Assembly (NCBI GenBank): GCA_036159995.1
Contig: JAYYEI010000070.1
Coordinates: forward strand, 11,928-75,927
Source of the DNA: Bacteroidota bacterium
Lineage (GTDB): Bacteria; Bacteroidota; Bacteroidia; Flavobacteriales_D; Sanyastnellaceae
Reading direction: 5' to 3'
DNA: 64,000 bases
Of the stretch, positions 19,171 through 31,053 are shown in pieces. Every line of letters starts with the position of its first letter. Positions within the stretch are counted from its first letter, which is position 1. The notes beneath the pieces were generated by a model that saw only the letters and a program-made list of their open reading frames with translations, did not search any database and was not told the DNA's origin. A program made the translations under genes and the position numbers.

Positions 19171-20274
19171 ATGAAGAAAGGCCGCGTTACGCTCCTGCTC
19201 CTCTTCGTCCTCCTGGTCATTGCCGGGGCGGCTTACACGTTGAACGACCTCTACCAGAAGGAGCAGGCCCCCGAGGCTCGGTTCGGAGTGGAGGCGCCCT
19301 ACATCGCCGACATCATCAAGAAGTCGGTGAGTTCGGGAACCATCGGGCCGCGGAAGGAAATCCTGATCAAGCCGCAGATCAGCGGCATCGTGGACGAACT
19401 CTACGTTGAAGCGGGGGACACGGTCGCCCAGGGTACCGTCCTCGCGCGGGTGCGGGTGGTGCCGGACATGGCGGCCCTGGCAGCGGCCCAGAGCCGGGTC
19501 GAGCGCAGCCGGATCTCACTGGAGAACAGCCGCCGCGACTTCGAGCGCCAGGAATCGCTGCTCGCCTCGGGCGTGGTCTCGGAGCAGGATTTCCAGCAAT
19601 CCGAGACGTCGTTCCTTCAGGCCAAGGAAGAGATGTTGGCTGCGGAGGACAACCTCCGCATCGTGAAGGAGGGCGCCGCCAGCCGGGCGGGAGAGGCCTC
19701 CAACACCATGATCGCCAGCACGGTCAACGGCATGGTCCTCGACGTGCCGGTTGAGGTGGGCTACCAGGTCATCCAGGCCAACACCTTCAACGAGGGCACC
19801 AGCATCGCCAGTGTGGCTGACATGACGGACCTGATTTTCCGCGGCCAGATTGACGAGAGCGAAATCGAAAACCTGCGGGTCGGCATTCCACTCATCCTGA
19901 GCATCGGCGCCATGCCGGGGCGCCGGTTTGACGCCACGTTGGAGTACATCTCTCCCAAGGGCATTCCGCAGAATGGCGCGGTCCAATTCGACATCCGCGC
20001 CGCGGTGACCCTCGCCGAGGGCGATTTCATCCGGGCCGGATTCAGTGCCAACGCGGACGTGGTGCTCGACAAGCGCGAACAGGTGCTCGCCATCAGCGAG
20101 GCGTTGGTCCAATACGAAGGGCCCAAGCCGTTCGTGGAGGTGCAGACTGGTCCACAGCAATTCGAGCGGCGGGACGTGGAGCTGGGCCTGTCCGATGGAT
20201 TGACTGTTGAGGTCCTGTCCGGAGTGGCGGAAGGGGATTCCCTCAAGCGCTGGAACCAGCCCATCTTCGACTGA
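19171..20274 (+). CDS. efflux transporter periplasmic adaptor subunit (HlyD/MacA family)
   Basis: 367 aa. N-terminal anchor, a coiled-coil hairpin region (AALAAAQSRVERSRISLENSRRDFERQESL), and beta-barrel/lipoyl-like segments. Confidence 0.85.
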   Translation: MKKGRVTLLLLFVLLVIAGAAYTLNDLYQKEQAPEARFGVEAPYIADIIKKSVSSGTIGPRKEILIKPQISGIVDELYVEAGDTVAQGTVLARVRVVPDMAALAAAQSRVERSRISLENSRRDFERQESLLASGVVSEQDFQQSETSFLQAKEEMLAAEDNLRIVKEGAASRAGEASNTMIASTVNGMVLDVPVEVGYQVIQANTFNEGTSIASVADMTDLIFRGQIDESEIENLRVGIPLILSIGAMPGRRFDATLEYISPKGIPQNGAVQFDIRAAVTLAEGDFIRAGFSANADVVLDKREQVLAISEALVQYEGPKPFVEVQTGPQQFERRDVELGLSDGLTVEVLSGVAEGDSLKRWNQPIFD

Positions 20275-21065
20275 TGGCGTTGATTGAGGAAATGGACCGG
20301 TCGGGCAACTGGCTCTTCCGGTGGCGCAGCTTCCTGCCGTTGCTTCTCTTTTTTGGAGCTGTTCCGGTCGTGCTGTTGGCCGAGGTGTCATGGACGCCGA
20401 TGTCCGCAAGCTTCGACCGCACTTGGTGGTGGCCGTTGATCTGTTTGGACATCGCGATGGCCGGCCAGGTCATCCGGGCGCTCTGTGTCGGCTACACTCC
20501 GCGGGGCACGTCCGGCCGCAACACCAAGGAAGGCCAGGTCGCCGAGTCGCTGAACACCCTCGGGATGTACAGCATTTGTCGGCACCCCTTGTATCTCGGC
20601 AACCTGCTGATGTGGCTTGGCATCGTCCTCTACATCGGCCACATCTGGTTCGCCTTGGTCTTCCTGCTCCTCTACGCCCTGTACTATGAGCGGATCATGT
20701 TTGCCGAAGAGCAATTCCTTCGCGGCAAGTTCGGCCAGGCGTACCTCGACTGGTCCGCTTCCGTGCCGGCGTTCTGGCCCGTCCTCGGCCGTTGGAAGGA
20801 ACCCGAGGTGGGCTTTTCGATGCGCAACGTCCTGAAGCGGGAGTACAATGGCTTCTTTGCCGTGTTTGTCTGCTTTGCGTGGGTTGACATGCTGCACGGT
20901 TACCGTGCCGCGGGCCTGTCCTCAGAATTCTTCGCCTCGCCCGCCTGCATCTTCCAGGACTTCTGGGCTTATGCGTTGGCGGGATCCTTTGTGGTTTTCC
21001 TCGTCCTCCGGACGCTCAAGAAGACCACCAAGGTCCTCGACGTGGCCGGCCGTGAATATGTGTGA
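20274..21065 (+). CDS. membrane methyltransferase-like protein (isoprenylcysteine carboxyl methyltransferase / PEMT superfamily)
   Basis: 263 aa, polytopic. GMYSICRHPLYLGNLLMWLGIVL matches the ICMT/PEMT C-terminal signature. TGATG overlap with the adaptor stop. Confidence 0.7.
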   Translation: MALIEEMDRSGNWLFRWRSFLPLLLFFGAVPVVLLAEVSWTPMSASFDRTWWWPLICLDIAMAGQVIRALCVGYTPRGTSGRNTKEGQVAESLNTLGMYSICRHPLYLGNLLMWLGIVLYIGHIWFALVFLLLYALYYERIMFAEEQFLRGKFGQAYLDWSASVPAFWPVLGRWKEPEVGFSMRNVLKREYNGFFAVFVCFAWVDMLHGYRAAGLSSEFFASPACIFQDFWAYALAGSFVVFLVLRTLKKTTKVLDVAGREYV

Positions 21066-21066
21066 G

Positions 21067-23858
<2,792 letters not shown>

Positions 23859-23927
23859 CTACGGCTCGGAAAGCCCAGTGTTTTCAACACTTTTGCGCGG
23901 TTTCCCCACCGTTTTGTGAACGGCGTC

Positions 23928-25781
23928 TCAGAACCTGTATCCCGCCCACATCATGACCCGGAATCGTTGGGCGTTGTACCCGTTGAAAATCTGGGTGTCG
24001 CCGAGTGGGCCGGAGGCATCTAGACCCAGCGCCAGCCGGGCGTTGTAGCGATACTCGATGCCGAGGTCAAGAGCCGTGTAGGCCGGCAGTTTCCGGGCGT
24101 AGATGGGGTCGGTGCCTCCGAACACGGGGCTGGCGAGCGCTTCCGCACCGGTTTGCAGCTCGTTGTCTCCCTCTCCTGTGACCTGGGCAAAGGGGGTGCG
24201 GGACGGCGCATACCGAGCTCCGATGACCTCCATGCCCGCTTCGAGGAACAGCAGACCATCGAGGTTCCATCGGGCGGAGCCGGAGAACCGCGTGCGGGGC
24301 TGATACCAGGCGTGGGGCTGGTCTCCGGTTCCGTAGGTGTGGAATTCGACGCGGGCTTCGAGTTCGAGGGGGCCGCGGCCGCGATAGGCCGTTTCTCCGA
24401 TGACGCTGGCCACGGTGAGCGTGTCGAAGGCCAGGCTGAACCGTTGCCCAGCGCTGTCGATGCCGGCCTCGTTGACCCAGTACCCGAAGTCGCGGTAGGT
24501 AACAGTCCGAGCCTGGGCATTGAAGGCCAGGTCTCGCGTGAATTTTCCGCGCAGGCCGCCGTAGAGTTCCAGCGCGCGGTTCGTGTGGTACAGGGTGCCG
24601 CGCAAGGCGTCCACTCCCGCATTGTAGCGCGCGTCGAACCACGGGTTCTCCTTGACGAGGTCGTGGAGTGCATTGCGTTGCATTCCCCCGTCCACGCCGC
24701 CATAGGGCACGAACACGTCGTCGAGGAGACGGAATCGGACTTCGGCGGTGGGATAGAAGTGAAAGGCCTGGCGACCGCGTGCATCGACCCAAAGGCCGGC
24801 GCCGACCTTGATTTTGTACGCCCCGCGTTCCTTGGTGATGGTCGGTACAGCGCCGATCAAGGCGGAATTCCGGGACACACTGGCGAAGGAGGAATCGCCT
24901 TCGGCGTCCAGGCTGGAGCCGATGATGTGGCCTTCGAGGTCGAGGCTGAACAATGCGTCGTCCCGCCAGGCTTGGAAGCTGCCCGTTCCAGTGATGAGGT
25001 TTTCCCGGCCGGGTTCGATGAGGATGTCCGGGGTGACCGCATCCGCAGGAAGGGGAGCGAGTCCAATGCTGAGTCTGGACACCTCGAGCCGGAGGTCCCG
25101 CTGGACCTTGGTGCTGTCGCGCTGGTGGTTTTGCAGCCGCGCAGAGGTGTGCATCCGGGTGTAGGTCTGGCGGGTGTTGGGGGCGGAGAATCCGGAGGTC
25201 TGGGAGAGGTCCAGCCCGTGGAGGCCCCAGGCGTCGCGTTCGAGGCCGCCGGCCAGGGTCAGGCTGCTGCGATCGAGGAACCGTTTGTAGTGGCCGCCGA
25301 GCGCATTGTGGGACCACCCTTCGTCAAGGCCGAGGGTGTCGGTGTTTCCGGTGGTGGTGGAGCCCGCTGAGCTGTGGTGGATCGTGTGGATTCCCCAGGA
25401 TCCCGTGCGGCTTTGGGTCTCCCCGTAGTGGATTTCCGCGAGGGGAGAAGTGTAGAGGCCGAAGCCACCCTTGGCATAGCCGGCGTAGAGCCGGGGCAGT
25501 GGAGCGTCCATCCGGACGGCGAAGGGGTCAATGGACTGGACCTGCGTCTCCGGCGCAATCGACTTGGCGATGGGGGAATAACGGATGACCGGCTTTTCCA
25601 TGCCGAGGTCGACCCGGTTTGGACTGGAGGCCGGTTTGACGACCTCTCTCACTTCCAGCTCGCGGTCTCCGACAAAGGTGACTTCAAGGCTGTCCTGGGC
25701 GGAGAGCGGGAGGAGGGGGCTGGCGGCCAACAGGAGGCCCAGCGAAGCCGTCGTGCGGAAGGGGGTGTTGGGGCGCTTCAT
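23928..25781 (-). CDS. outer-membrane beta-barrel protein (putative porin family typical of Bacteroidota)
   Basis: 617 aa. Signal peptide, alternating beta-strand pattern, aromatic C-terminus MMWAGYRF. 4-nt overlap with the upstream TPR gene. Confidence 0.7.
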   Translation of the reverse strand: MKRPNTPFRTTASLGLLLAASPLLPLSAQDSLEVTFVGDRELEVREVVKPASSPNRVDLGMEKPVIRYSPIAKSIAPETQVQSIDPFAVRMDAPLPRLYAGYAKGGFGLYTSPLAEIHYGETQSRTGSWGIHTIHHSSAGSTTTGNTDTLGLDEGWSHNALGGHYKRFLDRSSLTLAGGLERDAWGLHGLDLSQTSGFSAPNTRQTYTRMHTSARLQNHQRDSTKVQRDLRLEVSRLSIGLAPLPADAVTPDILIEPGRENLITGTGSFQAWRDDALFSLDLEGHIIGSSLDAEGDSSFASVSRNSALIGAVPTITKERGAYKIKVGAGLWVDARGRQAFHFYPTAEVRFRLLDDVFVPYGGVDGGMQRNALHDLVKENPWFDARYNAGVDALRGTLYHTNRALELYGGLRGKFTRDLAFNAQARTVTYRDFGYWVNEAGIDSAGQRFSLAFDTLTVASVIGETAYRGRGPLELEARVEFHTYGTGDQPHAWYQPRTRFSGSARWNLDGLLFLEAGMEVIGARYAPSRTPFAQVTGEGDNELQTGAEALASPVFGGTDPIYARKLPAYTALDLGIEYRYNARLALGLDASGPLGDTQIFNGYNAQRFRVMMWAGYRF

Positions 25782-28700
25782 TCGTTGTCGGATTGGGGGG
25801 TGGGATCGACGGCGGTCGAATCGGTCGGGGCGGGCGGGTTTTCTTCTTGGGCAATCCTGTCGAGGAAGTCAAGGCAGGCGTCTTGGATCCAGGGTTCGGC
25901 CACATTGGCTTGCAGCTGTTCGATGGTGGTGCGGGCCTGGAACAGGTCGCCCTGTGCCAGATAGGATTCGGCGAGCAGCAGGAAGCTGCGGTAGGCCCAT
26001 TCAGAGCCGCCGCCGAACCGGTTGAGCTGGGCAAAGACGGCGGATTGGCATCCGGCCGCATCGCCCGTATCGAGGGTCAGGGCGGCGAGGTGGTGGCTGG
26101 CTTCTTCGGCGTGGGTACCGTCTCCGGCGAGCCACTCGAGGTCGGATCGGGCCTCCTGAGGAGACCGCTCGAGGAGAAGCAGGGCTCGGTTGTAGCGGGC
26201 CGCCATCACGATGTCGGCCGGGGTTTCCGGATCCGCGAGGATGGGGTCCACATAGGCGAGGACCGTCTCGCCGTCGTCCAGTTTCCGGCTGCAGCGCATG
26301 ATGCCGATGCGGGCTTCGAGGACGTGGCGTTTCAGGGTGGCCACAGTCTCGAGCCGCTGGTAGTGGGCGAGGGCCTCTCTCCAGTCCTCCCGGTTGTATC
26401 GAAGGGTGGCGGTCAGGACGAGGGCGGATTCGTGGTAATCGCTCAACGGAGCCTCCACCACGGTTTCGAGCGTGGCGAGGGCCTCATCGGTCTGGCCGCT
26501 TTCGAATTGGCATTGTCCGAGGTGGAACCGTGCGGAGAGAACGCGAACGCTTTCCGGGTGCTTCTCGAGGAAGCCCTCGAGTTTGGGCATGGCCTCAGCG
26601 CATTGTCCTGATAGGGCCAGATCCTGTGCTGCGGCGTAGGTCTTCTCGGCGATGTCATTCTCGGAGAGGCCTACGATTTCCGGAAGCCCATCGAGTTGCC
26701 CCCGTTCAACGAGGAGCGGCTCGACCAACAGGAAGGCGTCCTTCGTCACATCGTCGTCCGGGTAGGTGGTGGAAATGGTGGACCACAAGGCCAGGGCGTC
26801 GTCCGCGCGGTCCTGTTTGATGGCGATGAGGGCCAAGTCGACCAGGGCATTCTTGGCGTAGGCGCTGCCGGGGAGTTCTTCCCGGATGCGGTCGAAAGCG
26901 GACCGTGCCGCTTCCATTCGGTCCCGTTCGATTTCGGCCTTGCCCATGGCGGTCAAGGCATCTCCCTTGAAGGTGGTTTCGGGAAACTCTTGCAGGAGAT
27001 TGGTCATGCCTTCGACGGAAGCGTCCAGTTGGCCATCCAGACCCAGGCAGCGTGCCCGTTGGAACCCGGCGTATTGGCGCTGGCTCGTATTGGCTCCGAG
27101 TGCGCGGTCATAGGCGTCGATCGCCCGGCCGTAGTCCTTGTCGATGTAGAAGCAGTCTCCGATCCGGAGCAGGGCGTCGGCCCGGTGTCCGCCGGCTTCT
27201 CCGCTTCCCGCGGCATCGACATACTTCCGGAATCCGATTTGGGCGTCGCGGTACTTGCGTTGGCGGAACAGGGCATAGGCGGCTCCGTACTCGCCCTCGT
27301 CATACAGGGGGGAGCCGAAGGCCCCGGGGGCGTTGAGGAAGGCTCGATAATGGCTGAGGGCGGCCGCATCCCGGCCGGACTTCATCGCGATTTCTCCCTG
27401 CCAGAAATGGCTTTCGGCGGCGAGAGTGTTGTCTTCTGGGAAAGACCGGCTTCGGGAGAAGTACGCATCGGCCTCCTCGGGTTTGCCCGAGCGGTAGAGG
27501 TCCACGCCGTGGTTGAAGGCGAGTCCTTGATACGCCTGCTTCTCCCGGGGGGATTTGCGCTGGATGCGGTCGAGGGCGTCGAGGGCGCGTTCACTGTTCC
27601 GCGTGGTCAGGTAGACATCGAGGAGAAACCCATAGGCCTCATCCCGACGGGGACTGTCAGGGTATTCCTCGAGGTATTGCTCGAAGGCGGCGATGGCATC
27701 GTTGAAGGGATTGAAATCCGTCTCGAAGGCCAGTTTGGCATGGTTGAACAAGGCATCTTCCCGGACTTCGAGGTCATGGTCGAATTGGGCGGCCTGGGCA
27801 AAGGCGGCCTGAGCCTTGGGTTTCTCGTCGTTGTCCAGATAGGCCCTGCCCAGCGCGTGGGTGGCGTACTGGTCGAGTTGATCGCCATTTCCCGTGGCGC
27901 GCATCAAGGCGAGGATGGCCTCCTGTGGGTGTCCATTCTCCAATCGGCAGGAGCCGACGATGTAGCTGAACCCGGGCAATTTGTCCCGGGTGTCCATGGC
28001 GGACCAAGCGGCTTCGAGATGGGCCTCGGCTTCCGGGCAGCGGCCCAGGTGGAACAGGGCGGTGCCGAGAAGGCGGGACAGCTCGGTGGCGTCGGCTTCA
28101 CGCAGATCATGATCTTCTCCGAGCCAGGTGGGCACGCGGTCCACGAGGTCTTCGTGGCGGTCGAGTTCATGCAGGATCTGTCCGATGTAGACGGGGATGG
28201 CGTCGCGGAAGGCGTCCACGGAGGCCAGGGCTTCGAATTCGTCGAGCGCCGTGGTGAACCGGTCTTCCGCATAGGCGATGTGCGCCAGGTAATAGCGTGC
28301 GGCTTCGAGGAAGTCGGGCCGGGCGTCGGAACTTCCGGTCACCTTGAGCAGGTCGCCCCGGGCCGCTTCAAGATCGCCTTGCTCAAATCGGGCGTGCCCC
28401 CGCTTGAAGTGGAATTCCGTGCGCTGGACCTTGCCGAGGTGGCGGGGATTCAGGCGGTCGAACGCCTCGAGGGCCTTGCCCCATTTCTTGCGGCGGTATT
28501 GGTAGTTGCCCAATTCCCAGTGAAGCTTGGGTACCCAGGTCGACTCCGGATGACGGTCCACGAACCGGTCGATCCGCCACACGGCATCCTTGTGGAAGAG
28601 GTAGATGGCACACAGGGCGGCGCGATACTCCGCTTCGACGCGTTCCAGCCGTTCCGTTTCTCCGGCGGCTTGGTCTCCGCGCAACGGGGCATGGACCACC

Positions 28701-28903
28701 GCGTCAAATCCGGCAAGGGCAGCGGAATACTGAGCGTGCTCGAAGTGGTGGAGGGCCCGGGCGTAAGCGGTCGGGTCGTTCCGGTCGGTGGCGGAGACCG
28801 TCGTTCCGCCATTGAGGGAAGTCGTTTGGGCTCCGGAGTCAAGGGACATGCACAAGGCGAGGAGCACGGCAGCTTGGGGGAGTCGTCGCGGGATCGGAAT
28901 CAT
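25778..28903 (-). CDS. large tetratricopeptide-repeat (TPR) envelope protein
   Basis: About 1041 aa from ATG 28903 (MIPIPRRLPQAAVLLALCMSLDSGAQ); the ORF track starts at GTG 28945. Many TPR-like A/Y/L-rich helical pairs throughout. Confidence 0.8.
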   Translation of the reverse strand: MIPIPRRLPQAAVLLALCMSLDSGAQTTSLNGGTTVSATDRNDPTAYARALHHFEHAQYSAALAGFDAVVHAPLRGDQAAGETERLERVEAEYRAALCAIYLFHKDAVWRIDRFVDRHPESTWVPKLHWELGNYQYRRKKWGKALEAFDRLNPRHLGKVQRTEFHFKRGHARFEQGDLEAARGDLLKVTGSSDARPDFLEAARYYLAHIAYAEDRFTTALDEFEALASVDAFRDAIPVYIGQILHELDRHEDLVDRVPTWLGEDHDLREADATELSRLLGTALFHLGRCPEAEAHLEAAWSAMDTRDKLPGFSYIVGSCRLENGHPQEAILALMRATGNGDQLDQYATHALGRAYLDNDEKPKAQAAFAQAAQFDHDLEVREDALFNHAKLAFETDFNPFNDAIAAFEQYLEEYPDSPRRDEAYGFLLDVYLTTRNSERALDALDRIQRKSPREKQAYQGLAFNHGVDLYRSGKPEEADAYFSRSRSFPEDNTLAAESHFWQGEIAMKSGRDAAALSHYRAFLNAPGAFGSPLYDEGEYGAAYALFRQRKYRDAQIGFRKYVDAAGSGEAGGHRADALLRIGDCFYIDKDYGRAIDAYDRALGANTSQRQYAGFQRARCLGLDGQLDASVEGMTNLLQEFPETTFKGDALTAMGKAEIERDRMEAARSAFDRIREELPGSAYAKNALVDLALIAIKQDRADDALALWSTISTTYPDDDVTKDAFLLVEPLLVERGQLDGLPEIVGLSENDIAEKTYAAAQDLALSGQCAEAMPKLEGFLEKHPESVRVLSARFHLGQCQFESGQTDEALATLETVVEAPLSDYHESALVLTATLRYNREDWREALAHYQRLETVATLKRHVLEARIGIMRCSRKLDDGETVLAYVDPILADPETPADIVMAARYNRALLLLERSPQEARSDLEWLAGDGTHAEEASHHLAALTLDTGDAAGCQSAVFAQLNRFGGGSEWAYRSFLLLAESYLAQGDLFQARTTIEQLQANVAEPWIQDACLDFLDRIAQEENPPAPTDSTAVDPTPQSDNE

Positions 28904-28997
28904 GGGGTGGTGCGTGGACAACGTGAAAATCGGGCCCCTGCGCACCCGCCCGAGGCCACTTTTTCCGAATTATCCACGCCACATGGCGGGCGGAGCG

Positions 28998-31040
28998 TCA
29001 GTTTCCGAGGATTCGGAATTCCGTCCTCCGGTTTCGGGCCCGCCCGTCCTCGTTGGCATTGTCTGCTCGGGGCCGGGATTCCCCGTATCCCTTGGCTTCC
29101 AGAGCATCCCGGTCCACTCCGGCGGAGATAAGGTGGTCTAGGACCGCATCCGCCCGGCGTTGGCTGAGGGACAAGTTGTCCGCCTCGTTTCCAATGTCAT
29201 CCGTGTGCCCCCCGATTTCCACGGTGAGGCCCGTCTCAAGGAGGTACTCGGCAAACAGGTCGAGCATCAGGAGGCTCGTGCGGTCGATGACGGCGGACGC
29301 CGTGGCGTAATGGATGTCCTGAATTTCGAAGGCGGCGCCCCGCTCCTCCACGGAGCGGACCGTGAGGTCGGTGTTGACCAGGGCGGGGGCGTCGTCGTCA
29401 CGGTCGACCACGACCCCGGCGGAAAAGGCGGCGCCTTCCGCTTTGGCCACGAGGAGCACGTCTTCGGCGGTGCCGAGGTCGACGATGGCGGCATAGGCTC
29501 TGTCGTCTCCGAGGTCAATGACCTGGGCCCGGCGGCTCTGCGCATAGCGGAGCTCCAGCGAAATGGGGATGTCTCCGAGTTCCTCGCTCACTTCGAGGGT
29601 GCCCCGGACGACGACGGAGGCGCGGGGACGGAGGGACTCCGGCAGGGTCCACGTCATGATGTCCAGGCCTCGGGTTCCAGGTCGTCGGCTGGAGAAATAG
29701 GCCGTTGAGCCGTCTGCGGAAATGACCAGGCCGTGCTCGTCCCCCTCGGTGTTGAGGGGCAGGCCCAGGTTCACCGGGGTGGACCAGGCGCCGGCCTCGA
29801 GCGGCGATTGGAGGCTGTCCAACTTGGACATCCAGATGTCATAGCCGCCACCGCCCGGGGTGCGGTTGGAGGCGAAGTACAGGGTCTGCCCGTCCGGATG
29901 AAGGAAGGGAGCCTTGTCGCTGTAGGGGCCGTTGATCGGTGCCGGCAGGGGTGAGGCCGCCGCCCATTGGGTGCCATCCCAGCGAGAGGCCATCACATCG
30001 ATGGTGGGGTGGCCATTCTCATCGGGTGTCGTGCCGGGGCGCACGGCGGCGAAGAAGAGCGTCTGGCCATCCGGACTGATGGCAGGTTGGCTTTCCCATC
30101 CGTCCGGCGTGTTCAGGTTGTTGAGAGGTTCGGGATCCGTCCACAAGTAGACACGCTCCTCCCCGGTGTCGTCCAGCAACGAGTAGCGGGTGGAGAAGAG
30201 GTCGATGTTTTCGGGGTTGCCCGGGGCCGGCGTCTTGATGGCGAGGTAAAGGGACCGGTTGTCCACGGAAATGGAGACGCCTCCATATCCGGAGGACCGG
30301 TTGAAGGGGTCGTCGAGCGGATGGCCGGAATCGAAGGGGACCGAGGGGCCGGTCCGCCGGGCCCACGTGAAGTCTTCGAAAGGCCGGCTCACGAGATCCC
30401 CCTTGGCCTTGCGCTCTCCGGCACGGGTAAAGAACAACAGCGTGCCATCGGCGGACAGGGCCGGAAGGTATTCCGCATCTCCGGTGGCCACCTCGTCCAG
30501 GATGCGGGGCGGCGCGGCATCTCCGTTCGCGGTGTATTCGATGAGGAACTGCAATTCGGGCAATACGGCCTCCACCTGCTCGACCCGTTTGCGGTTGCGG
30601 GGTGAAATCGGTTTCCCGGTCCGGGATTCCCAATGGAGAAACTGGTGAAACCAGTCCAACGCTTCCTGATTCCGGTCCTCGGCGTAGGCGATGGCGCCCA
30701 ACGTGTAGGGCACCTCCTCGTTGAAGCGGGGGCAGGCGTCGTGGACGGACATCAAAAGGTCGCGGGCTTCGCCAAATCCCTCACCGGTCCTCCGGGCCTC
30801 CGTGTGCGCCAGGAGCCCGAGGGTGAACGCGGCCTGAAGGGCCTGACCATCCTCCTCGAGGGCGTCCTCGAGGTAGCCCCGACGTTTGTCGGCGTCGTAT
30901 TTCCGCTTGTCCGTTCCCCGTTCGATGAGCTTGGCCGCCTTGGCGGTCGGCTCGTGCTCGCACGCGTTGTCCTCCTGGCCTCGAATGGACAGGGGCATCT
31001 GCAACAGGAGCAGCCCGAGAAGGAAGCAGGTGCGGGTCAC
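28998..31040 (-). CDS. TPR / PD40-repeat / OmpA-family peptidoglycan-associated protein
   Basis: C-terminal OmpA domain EIGGHTDDIGNEADNLSLSQRRADAV...NRRTEFRI. PD40 repeats (SADGTLLFFTR, SPDGQTLFFAA, HPDGQTLYFASNR, SADGSTAYFSSRR). Start moved to GTG 31040 (MTRTCFLLGLLLLQ...) to give a signal peptide and avoid a 65-nt overlap with the upstream gene. Confidence 0.85.
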   Translation of the reverse strand: MTRTCFLLGLLLLQMPLSIRGQEDNACEHEPTAKAAKLIERGTDKRKYDADKRRGYLEDALEEDGQALQAAFTLGLLAHTEARRTGEGFGEARDLLMSVHDACPRFNEEVPYTLGAIAYAEDRNQEALDWFHQFLHWESRTGKPISPRNRKRVEQVEAVLPELQFLIEYTANGDAAPPRILDEVATGDAEYLPALSADGTLLFFTRAGERKAKGDLVSRPFEDFTWARRTGPSVPFDSGHPLDDPFNRSSGYGGVSISVDNRSLYLAIKTPAPGNPENIDLFSTRYSLLDDTGEERVYLWTDPEPLNNLNTPDGWESQPAISPDGQTLFFAAVRPGTTPDENGHPTIDVMASRWDGTQWAAASPLPAPINGPYSDKAPFLHPDGQTLYFASNRTPGGGGYDIWMSKLDSLQSPLEAGAWSTPVNLGLPLNTEGDEHGLVISADGSTAYFSSRRPGTRGLDIMTWTLPESLRPRASVVVRGTLEVSEELGDIPISLELRYAQSRRAQVIDLGDDRAYAAIVDLGTAEDVLLVAKAEGAAFSAGVVVDRDDDAPALVNTDLTVRSVEERGAAFEIQDIHYATASAVIDRTSLLMLDLFAEYLLETGLTVEIGGHTDDIGNEADNLSLSQRRADAVLDHLISAGVDRDALEAKGYGESRPRADNANEDGRARNRRTEFRILGN

Positions 31041-31053
31041 GGTGGGGATGAAG

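Noticed and set aside
23877-23894. Hairpin AGTGTT-ttc-AACACT followed by TTT in the porin-gyrB gap, considered as a terminator
   Set aside because: It is an AT-rich 6-bp stem with a 3-nt loop. The T-tract follows it only on the plus strand, while both flanking genes are on the minus strand.
25778-28903. Assigning the large TPR protein as SprE/PorW of the type IX secretion system
   Set aside because: TPR proteins are too degenerate to assign by eye. The N-terminal Cys context (LLALC) is not a convincing lipobox, and no other T9SS genes are in the window. It is kept only as an open question.
26696-29131. 811-aa plus-strand ORF antisense to the TPR gene and the end of the OmpA-family gene
   Set aside because: It crosses a gene boundary on the opposite strand, shows no domain signatures, and its composition reflects codon position 3 GC bias of the sense genes.
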